NCBI RefSeq assembly: GCF_001194135.2
Contig: NC_068983.1
Coordinates: 121,507,873 to 121,564,227, forward strand
DNA from: Octopus bimaculoides
Taxonomy: Eukaryota
Reading direction: 5' to 3'
Length of the DNA: 56,355 nt
In this document: positions 50,101-56,355 of the stretch, in pieces
Layout of the letters: each line of letters opens with the position of its first letter
Numbering within the stretch: the first letter of the stretch is position 1
Notes under the pieces: model-generated
Databases searched by the model: none
Told to the model about the DNA's origin: nothing
What the model saw: the letters and a program-made list of their open reading frames with translations, nothing else
Program-made: the position numbers and the translations under genes

Positions 50101-53100
50101 GTTTTTTTCAGTTTCTGTCCACCAAATCTACTCACAAAGCTTTGGTTGGTCTGGGGCTATAGCAGAAGTGCTGTACTGTGGGACTGAACCCCAAATCATT
50201 CAGTTGGGAAGCAACACCTGCACCTTAGTCATGTTAACTTATTGTTATTGGTGAGAGAAGACAGTGCAGTTTGGAAAGTATATCAGTATGAAAGAGATCA
50301 GCTATAAGAATACTATAAGAAATTTATGAATTCTTATATTCAGAGAAGCACTTTTTATTAGGATAATCTAGATAATCCTTAATAATACAAGGAAATTAGG
50401 TGCAGGCATGGCTGTGTGGTAAGAAGTTTGCTTCCCAACTACATGGTTCTGGGTTCAGTCCCACTGCATGACACCTTGGGCAAATGTCTTTCGCTATAGT
50501 GTTGGGCTGACTAAAGCCTTGTGAGTGGATTTGGTAGAAAGAAACTGAAAGAATCCTCTAAGTGTCTGTGTTTGTCCCCCACCACTGCTAGACAACTGGT
50601 GTTGGTGTGTTTACATCTCTTAGCAGTTCAGCAAGAGAGACTGATAGAATAAGTACAGGGGTTGATTCACTTACTAAAATGCTTCAAGGTGGTGCCCCAG
50701 CATGGCTGCCATCTAATGACTGAAACAAATAAAAGATAAGAAATGTATAAAGTCTATCTCATTAGCTTATTTTCTTTGTATACTATCTCTGGTGACAAAA
50801 TGGGAATACAAATGTTTAGCTCCATAGTTTCTGAGATCAAACCGTAGAAGATATACTGTTTGCCTTTCATTGGTCCATGTATGGTGAAATAAATACCAGT
50901 AATATATTGAAATAGAATCAATCATTAAGGTGGCAAGCTGACAGAATCATTAGCATGTCAGCCAAAATACCCAGCAGCATTTCTTCTGGCTCTTTACATT
51001 CCAAGTTCAATCCCACTGTAGTTAGCTTTGCCCTTCATCCTTTTGACTGAGTCAGTGTAACTGACTTGCTCTCTCACCACCCTTAGAATTACTGGCATTG
51101 TATCAAAATTAGAAAGAATTATTAAAATACAATGTAATTAATCATTTTATGATTATAGATTATATTGATGATTGTGGGTTTTATCCGTAGAAATTTTACA
51201 TGTCAGAATCACTCTTTTCTTTTTCTTGTTTAATTAGGAATCTGCCTGGTATTGTGCTGATGAGGCTGTACAGATCCTTGGTGGTATGGGTTATATGAAG
51301 GTAAAGACAACTTCCTTGACTTTTATTTTCATATTGCATTTGGTGAATAGTAGTATTGTTGGTTATAGGTTTCTAATGAGCTCATCACTACTTCACTGCA
51401 TTTCTAAAAGTCAGAGTAACAACTCGAGTGGAACAAATACCATGCAAGTTATTTTTATTTGAAAGCACTACGTTTTTTGGTTTTCACTAATATACATCAA
51501 TCTCTGTTGATGAAATCCAGTCACAAGGCTTTAGTTGGCCTGGAGCTGTAGTAGAAAGCACTCGCCCAAGGTGCCAGCAGTGGAACTGAACCTGAAACCA
51601 TGAGGTTGGGATGCGAACTTCTTAATTGTACATGTCTGTATCTACACATACACACACGTCTGTATCTACACATACACACACACATGTCTGTATCTATACA
51701 TACACACACAATCGTTTCCACAGTTGCCATCTGTGATCTGACTGTGGTGGCTACTGAAGACCTACTGTGCTTTTCTCTTTTACTGACCCCGTGAACAGAA
51801 CAAAGGATAACTGCTTACAATATTCACTATAATTAATTTGTTACACTATCTTAATTGCATGTGTTTACTGAGGAATACAGCAAAATTCTTTTTGTGTTTA
51901 TTGTGATTGAGTGATGTAAAGTATCAGTGGCCACATCATAGATGTATGATGAAACACTTTGATAGCTAATAATGATTTCAAATTTTGGCACAAGGCCAGC
52001 AATTTCAGGAATGGGTCAATTACATTGACCCCCCCCCACCTTCCCCCAGTGCTCAACTGGTACTTATTTTATCAATGCTGAAAGGATGAAATGTATAGTT
52101 GACCTTGGCAGAATTTGAACTCAGATCATAAAGACAGACAAAATGCCACTAAGCATTTTCCCCAGAAAGCTAACAATTCTGCCAGCTTGCTACCTTACTT
52201 TGATATCTAATAATATATATCATTATAGCAAAATTAATGATTTCTTTAATCTAAACACAAAGTTAGAAATTTAATGGGAATGTTATAATATTGATTATAT
52301 TGATTCCACTACTCATTTTGTCTGTCACTAAGTTTGCTAATTCACCACCCTTATAACAATGTGTTTTATAACCGCAGTGACTTTACCAAAATGTAATTGT
52401 CCTCGTAGTTTCAAACACATCATCTCAGATCAAATCACCTGCCAAACAGTTATGACTCCAGAATATTGGTATCTTCATTCAGGCCACAAAAACGTTCCTT
52501 TTATATGTTGCCTGATGTACATAAGAGCCCCACAGCAATTTTACTTTATTAAACACTGTACTATTGCACTAAATATATACAATAATGAAGTGTTAATGCC
52601 ACTGAGTCCTGTGTTGACGCCACTTAAAAAACACTCAAGCTGATGCCACATAAGAGTGTTTATGTGGTACCATGTTTAAAGCATCCAGCGCACACTATAA
52701 AGTGGTTGGCGTTAGGAAGGGCATCCAGCCATAGAAACCAAACCAAATCAGACTGGAATCTGGTGCAACTCTCCAGCTTACCAGCTTTGGTCAAACCATC
52801 CAACCCATGCCAGCATGGAAAATGGTCATTAAACAACGACGGCAACAACTTATTTATTTATTTATTTATTCTAAAACTTGACTTGAAAAAACTTCCACAG
52901 TGCAACATATTTCGATTTTACCAGAATTAAATTAAAATTAAATTAACCAAAAAATTAAGACTCCTTTTTCTTTTTTATCTTTTCATGCAGGAAGCTGAGT
53001 TGGAGAGGGTCATCAGAGACTTACGAATATTTAGAATATTTGAAGGAACCAATGATATTCTGCGATTATTTGTTGCCTTGACTGGAATTCAGGTGAATAT

Positions 53101-53803
53101 GTTTATTTAAATAATGCTTCCTAATTTTCAACATTTAAATCTGGTGATAGTGAGGTCTGAAGATATCAGTGTGTGGAGACGTGGTATCTGGAGATATTTG
53201 GAGCTGGAAATATTCAAGAATAGAGATGCTGAAATCTAGAAACATGGGAATGTTTCTAGATTTGGTGATTCTGTCTGTTTAAATTTTTATCGTGTTTCAA
53301 GTCTTCCAATAAAGCCAATTATAAAGCAAGCCATTTTGTACATGTGTGTGTTACATGCATGCTTTTATTGTAAAGATTACATTGTGTTCAAACCCAAGTT
53401 AATGAAAGCATTTAATCAACAATTAGCTATTCCTAGTTGAAGTGTCTTTATACTCCGCTCAGAGAGTCTAGAGATATTTGAACCATGCATCCTGTGCCAC
53501 ATACTCTTATTTAAATAATAAACACAGTCTCTCGTATACTGAAGTGTGATGCTGCATTAAAAAGAAGTGATCAAGCTTAATTTTATATATATATATATAT
53601 ATATATCTAGAACTCTATTTTACACACTGGAGCGAAGACATGTTATGATACAGGTAGAGAAATTTGAAAAGACAACACAAATTCGGTTATTTCTCCAAAT
53701 ACAATGTTTATATACCCAAAATTTTATAACATTTTTCTGACATAATTTAAATATATACTTTAACCATGTAACACAAGCCTTCTGTAGTTTTTTCACTCTT
53801 GTT

Positions 53804-53849
<46 letters not shown>

Positions 53850-54937
53850 CATCACACAGCATAAGACAGAGGCTATTTTATGTATAGAAACATAATTAGT
53901 GTTGCTAGAAATCTTCCACGATGAGAAAAGGTCTACCTGATAATGGAAGCCACTATCAGTGAATTTAAGAGAGATTGGGCCATTACATACATTTCAGCCA
54001 TTACACACAGAATCTATAACCTGAATCAGTGCCTAGATCCAAAGATAATGTTGACCAAGATGAACAGTGGGCTCTGGTCTAAAGCTGAGTACTGGGCTAA
54101 CTTCTTCACTCACATTGGATCTCAGCAATGTAAGGCAATGAACCACATAATAATTCTGAAGTACCCTGTGAACCACCCAGCAAAGTGAACTGCTGAGCTA
54201 TATAAAAACTGGTCATATTCAGCCAAAATATTTTACCTGTTTTATGTTTAAACTGACTAGATTTGGCATCTCACACCTAACATACAATGTCATTCTAAAA
54301 GTAAACAATCACCTCATAAAAATCTTGATGTGTGATTAATTTCAAAGCAATGAATAAATAAGCATTACATTTGACAGAATAATCTGAATGCAAAGGGTTA
54401 ATGTCACAATGCAGCACTGCTGACAGTGTATGAACCATCCACTGTTTGCATAATAACCTGTTAACCCTTATTGACATGCCCATCTAATGTATGTTTTGGA
54501 TTTAAACCCAAATAGGTGAGAAAAGCATGTAGGCAACTTTTCAAAACCAAAAGATTTCTTTGAAGCAATAAGAATGTGACAATTTCAGGTAAATGTGAAG
54601 AGTTAGTATTTGTAGAATTAGTAAAAAAGTGGATATTACAGAATTATTGATTGAAAAAGAGGTTATTGTTATAATGTGGGTGCTAATGAGAGTTTATTGT
54701 TGACTATTGGTAGGTAATTGAGATTTTATGTTTATATGTCTTTGTAGTGCCTGCCTTAATAAGTAAAGCTTATAACATAGGCAGTGTCTAACTCATTTGT
54801 CTAAAATCTCTTAGTTACCATTAATTCTTGACATTCCAGTATGCTGGTTCACATCTGAAGGAACTGCAGAAGGCTTTAAAGAATCCTACAGCTAACCTGG
54901 GTCTCATATTTGATGTTGGTGCTGTCCGAGCCAAAAG
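16906..54937 (+). CDS. ACADVL: ACADVL, very-long-chain specific acyl-CoA dehydrogenase, mitochondrial: spliced gene span (15 visible exons + 1 in gap, 3' exons beyond window)
   Basis: All exons are GT-AG bounded and phase-compatible. Both acyl-CoA dehydrogenase signatures are present ([11 protein letters not shown]; [20 protein letters not shown]), plus catalytic IFEGTND, VLCAD-type [10 protein letters not shown] and [13 protein letters not shown], and the start of the C-terminal extension. Confidence 0.95.
17875..17935 (+). CDS. ACADVL: ACADVL exon 2 ([21 protein letters not shown])
   Basis: Pyrimidine tract plus CCAG acceptor; AAG|GTACGT donor; 61 nt restores phase 0. Confidence 0.75.
19547..21776. 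repeat. 354-bp direct repeat (19547-19900 and 21423-21776) around a gap and an unclassified insert
   Basis: About 4 substitutions between copies; constant offset of 1876. Confidence 0.92.
22560..22951 (+). mobile_element. Family D: RTE-LINE 3'-end-type repeat with (GAT)n tail
   Basis: GGTTGGCGTTAGGAAGGGCATCCAGC core and CCAACCCATGCTAGCATGGAAAG end; the same tail follows the RT fragment at 34050-34790. Confidence 0.85.
22966..23401 (+). mobile_element. SINE B-headed variant with a different 3' body
   Basis: B-type head (GGCACCTTGGGCAAGTG), then a divergent body ending GGAACATTAAAATGATG. Confidence 0.6.
23470..24066 (+). mobile_element. Family D, longer copy
   Basis: Colinear with 22560-22951 and extends further 5'; (GAT)n tail. 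Confidence 0.85.
24218..24426 (-). mobile_element. SINE family C
   Basis: Colinear with 13630-13842. Confidence 0.75.
24468..24790 (+). mobile_element. SINE family B, 3' truncated
   Basis: GCACAGGAGTGGCTGTGTGGTAAG head; close to consensus. Confidence 0.85.
25085..25478 (-). mobile_element. Two tandem SINE C copies joined by (AAT)n
   Basis: Repeated GGATGAAAGGCAAAGTTGAC..TTTGAACTCAG cores. Confidence 0.75.
25500..25960 (-). mobile_element. SINE E fragment (25500-25655) abutting a family D copy (25655-25960)
   Basis: The E body stops at a (CAT)n tract that begins the reverse-complement D copy. Confidence 0.8.
26018..26614 (-). mobile_element. SINE C (26018-26230) plus SINE A (26238-26614) with 9-bp TSD
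   Basis: CTTCCTAAT at 26229-26237 and 26615-26623. Confidence 0.85.
28610..29310 (-). mobile_element. Three head-to-tail SINE C copies separated by (AAT)n
   Basis: Units at about 28610-28823, 28835-29047 and 29062-29278. Confidence 0.88.
29520..29750 (-). mobile_element. Family D copy
   Basis: (CAT)n then TTTAACGTCCGCTTTCCATGCTAGCATGGGTTGG; near-identical to 25665 and 56160. Confidence 0.88.
29777..29985 (+). mobile_element. SINE C in opposite orientation to the upstream array
   Basis: Head AAGGTACCAAGTTGGCAGAATCATTAGC read on the plus strand. Confidence 0.75.
30707..30779 (+). CDS. ACADVL: ACADVL exon 3 ([24 protein letters not shown])
   Basis: 73 nt, homologous to human [24 protein letters not shown]; donor G|GTTCTG is weak. 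Confidence 0.92.
31450..31998 (+). mobile_element. Tc1-family transposon 3' relic with right TIR
   Basis: [22 protein letters not shown]...[15 protein letters not shown] (WPxQSPDLNPIE-like). The end reads TACAGTACCATGCAAAATTCTTTGG on the minus strand (Tc1-type CAGT terminus). Confidence 0.88.
33112..33176 (+). CDS. ACADVL: ACADVL exon 4 ([22 protein letters not shown])
   Basis: 65 nt; TTTCAG acceptor, GAG|GTAAGT donor. Confidence 0.95.
34050..34790 (-). mobile_element. RTE LINE 3' fragment (end of RT ORF, 3' UTR, (GAT)n/(GAG)n tail)
   Basis: [37 protein letters not shown] (RRLRWFGHV motif), followed by the family D core. Confidence 0.88.
35196..35304 (+). CDS. ACADVL: ACADVL exon 5 ([36 protein letters not shown])
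   Basis: 109 nt; TTCAG acceptor, G|GTAAGT donor. Confidence 0.95.
35885..35979 (+). CDS. ACADVL: ACADVL exon 6 ([32 protein letters not shown])
   Basis: 95 nt; TTTTAG acceptor, CAG|GTAAAA donor. Confidence 0.96.
36146..36539 (+). mobile_element. SINE family B, 5' truncated; gap lies in its microsatellite
   Basis: Body and 3' end GACTGAAACAAGTAAAAGAGT match the family. Confidence 0.85.
37818..37949 (+). CDS. ACADVL: ACADVL exon 7 ([44 protein letters not shown])
   Basis: 132 nt, phase 0-0; contains acyl-CoA dehydrogenase signature 1. Confidence 0.96.
39795..40010 (+). mobile_element. SINE family B 3' half
   Basis: Matches 36340-36539. Confidence 0.85.
42230..42617 (-). mobile_element. SINE family A with 11-bp TSD
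   Basis: CTGCTTATATG at 42219-42229 and 42618-42628. Confidence 0.9.
42845..42956. repeat. (CT)n-(CTAT)n-(TA)n compound microsatellite
   Basis: Direct reading. Confidence 0.95.
42958..43335 (+). mobile_element. SINE family B, full length, ending just upstream of exon 9
   Basis: Head GCAGGAGTGGCTGTGTGGTAAG through A-rich tail. Confidence 0.88.
43360..43445 (+). CDS. ACADVL: ACADVL exon 9 ([28 protein letters not shown])
   Basis: 86 nt; homologous to human KEKITAFVVERGFGGIT; TC|GTAAGT phase 2 donor. Confidence 0.93.
43560..43745. repeat. (TG)/(TA) mixed dinucleotide tract
   Basis: Direct reading; accounts for the VCVC/YIYI ORFs. Confidence 0.95.
44711..44800. repeat. Degenerate ~14-bp minisatellite (CAATAAAYCACAAA)
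   Basis: About 6 imperfect units. Confidence 0.75.
45172..45266 (+). CDS. ACADVL: ACADVL exon 10 ([32 protein letters not shown])
   Basis: 95 nt; TTGTAG acceptor, AG|GTAAAT donor. Confidence 0.96.
47478..47722 (-). mobile_element. SINE family E, uninterrupted
   Basis: Minus head TGGCTTAGTGGTTAGG / GCTTCGATTCC, then GTTGTGTTCTTGAACAAATCACTTCATTTC. Confidence 0.8.
47925..48250 (+). mobile_element. E-like tRNA-headed SINE variant
   Basis: AACTCAGTGGTTAGAGC / GAGTTCAATTCC boxes, then GTGATCTTGAGCAAGACACTTTATTTCAC; different 3' body. Confidence 0.7.
48447..48550 (+). CDS. ACADVL: ACADVL exon 11 ([35 protein letters not shown])
   Basis: 104 nt; NNGRFGM motif; GCT|GTAAGT donor. Confidence 0.96.
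48830..48934 (+). CDS. ACADVL: ACADVL exon 12 ([35 protein letters not shown])
   Basis: 105 nt; RxQFG FAD-binding motif. Confidence 0.96.
49115..49201 (+). CDS. ACADVL: ACADVL exon 13 ([29 protein letters not shown])
   Basis: 87 nt; near-identical to the human VLCAD segment. Confidence 0.96.
50398..50740 (+). mobile_element. SINE family B
   Basis: Head GGTGCAGGCATGGCTGTGTGGTAAG to GACTGAAACAAATAAAAGA; lacks the internal microsatellite. Confidence 0.85.
51238..51300 (+). CDS. ACADVL: ACADVL exon 14 ([21 protein letters not shown])
   Basis: 63 nt; GGMGY motif; AAG|GTAAAG donor. Confidence 0.96.
51518..51625 (-). mobile_element. SINE family B 5' fragment
   Basis: Reverse complement of the B head/body. 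Confidence 0.65.
51970..52198 (-). mobile_element. SINE family C
   Basis: Colinear with other C copies. Confidence 0.8.
52665..52845 (+). mobile_element. Family D copy
   Basis: GGTTGGCGTTAGGAAGGGCATCCAGC...CCAACCCATGCCAGCATGGAAA. Confidence 0.8.
52991..53092 (+). CDS. ACADVL: ACADVL exon 15 ([34 protein letters not shown]), catalytic Glu codon 53042-53044
   Basis: 102 nt; IFEGTN catalytic base motif of the MCAD/VLCAD type. Confidence 0.97.
54840..54937 (+). CDS. ACADVL: ACADVL exon 16 ([32 protein letters not shown])
   Basis: 98 nt; TTCCAG acceptor, AG|GTTTGT donor; homologous to human KELSGLGSALKNPFGNAGL. Confidence 0.92.
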
Positions 54938-55091
54938 GTTTGTCTACTTAATTTGGATTATATTTGTTTTGTTTTAATTTGCTCCCTAAAAAAGATGAGA
55001 ATTGTCTTGACCAGATACAAGACTAACTTTTGGAGAAAAAAAGAGATGATGTCAACTAAATCAAAACCAGTATATTATTAGTACTGACTGT

Positions 55092-55270
55092 CATCATCAT
55101 TAAAGTCCATTTTCCACACTGGCATGGATTAGAGGTTTGGCCAGAACTGGTAAGCTGGAGAGCTGCACCAGGCTCCAGTCTGATTTGGCTTGGTTTCTAT
55201 GGCTGGATGCCCTTCATAACACCAACCACTTGACAGTGTGTGCTGGGTGCTTTTAATGTGGTACCAGCAC
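55092..55270 (-). mobile_element. Family D copy
   Basis: GGCTGGATGCCCTTCATAACACCAACCACT on the plus strand. Confidence 0.75.
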
Positions 55271-56101
55271 AGGACTCCTGCAGGCCAATCATCTTCCCCA
55301 GGGAGGGGCAGACTTAGTAATTATTTTATCAACCTTTAAAAGAATGAACTGAAAAAAAGTCAATATTAACAGGAACTGAACTCATGTACTTAAAGGCATT
55401 TAGTCTCTTTAATTTTAATTTCTGTCAAAAAAAAAAAAATGAATGTTTTATCAACCAGTTGTTATAGTAGCTTAGAGATGAAACGATGGTAAAATTTCAT
55501 TTTGTTTATAATGATTATCTTTATGATTTGAATGAATGCAGGACCATCGCTAAGCCCCTGCGACCACTGCAGTCGCAGGGGGCCTCCGCAGTTGAGAGGC
55601 CCTGTGTTAAGATCAAAGTACATAGATGAGCCATCTATTTACTTTGGTTAAGATGTTAACTGAAAATTTCAAGCCAGCTGAGGGTAGAGATATGAGGGTG
55701 TACTGTAAATGAATTTAAAAGAAACGAAAAAAGTAAATGAAACAAGCTTTTCAATGAATTCCCTAAAGAGATAAAAGAAAAATGAAAGAAATCCAAAAAC
55801 AATGAGAATAAGGACAACTTCAACAGAAAAGACAAGAAAAAGAAGCAATGATGATGAAAGGTGGGGGATGTATACTTATACATACATACGAACATACACA
55901 AACACACACATTCACACATACATATGCATACGTACACACATTCACACGACTGGCTTTTATCTGTTTCCGTCTAGCAAGTTCATTCACAAGGCTTTGGCCA
56001 GCTCAGAGAGAGAAAGAGAGAGAGAGAGAGATAGACATGTACCAAACACACACAGGCATCTCTTATTCTCTGTCTCTTTCTCTTTTCATTTCTCCTTCTT
56101 G

Positions 56102-56139
<38 letters not shown>

Positions 56140-56140
<1 letters not shown>

Positions 56141-56338
56141 CATCATCATCATCATCATCATCGTTTAACGTCCGCTTTCCATGCTAGCATGGGTTGGACG
56201 ATTTGACTGAGGACTGGTGAAACCGGATGGCAACACCAGGCTCCAGTCTGATTTGGCAGAGTTTCTACAGCTGGATGCCCTTCCTAACGCCAACCACTCA
56301 GAGAGTGTAGTGGGTGCTTTTACATGTCACCCGCACGA
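56140..56338 (-). mobile_element. Family D copy, young subfamily
   Basis: Near-identical to 29546-29730. Confidence 0.88.
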
Positions 56339-56355
56339 CATATATGCATATATAT

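Noticed and set aside
53943-54188. 81-aa plus-strand intronic ORF (also 21065-21268 and 46587-46865)
   Set aside because: No homology recognised, no compatible splice sites, and length within chance expectation.
16906-54937. ACAD9 as an alternative assignment
   Set aside because: Segments such as [18 protein letters not shown] and KASNTAEV, and the shared exon sizes, match ACADVL rather than ACAD9.

Overview
Animal genomic DNA: AT-rich, microsatellite-rich, with 8 scaffold gaps (354-1215, 5183-5606, 10569-10741, 12070-12141, 15919-16411, 19901-20622, 36231-36315, 39148-39758). The repeat landscape suggests an Octopus genome, which is my inference and not a database match. The one well-supported gene is ACADVL (mitochondrial very-long-chain acyl-CoA dehydrogenase) on the + strand. 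It has 15 visible GT-AG coding exons from ATG 16906 to 54937 (1346 nt, in continuous phase), one further exon that must lie in gap 39148-39758, and it continues beyond the window. Most remaining sequence is transposon-derived: the 5' part of a Ty3/gypsy LTR element, RTE LINE fragments, two mariner remnants, one Tc1 remnant, four recurrent tRNA-headed SINE families (my labels A, B, C, E) and an RTE-tail repeat (label D). I found no convincing novel multi-gene system. The best leads are: a 115-bp-arm near-perfect inverted repeat (13081-13319); a ~99% identical 354-bp direct repeat bracketing an unclassified CpG-rich insert in intron 2 (19547-21776); a complete -1 frameshift signal in the gypsy element; inverted repeat pairs flanking ACADVL exons (dsRNA/ADAR/circRNA candidates); and a weakly supported divergent minus-strand spliced transcript. 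Repeat boundaries are approximate and were read by eye.
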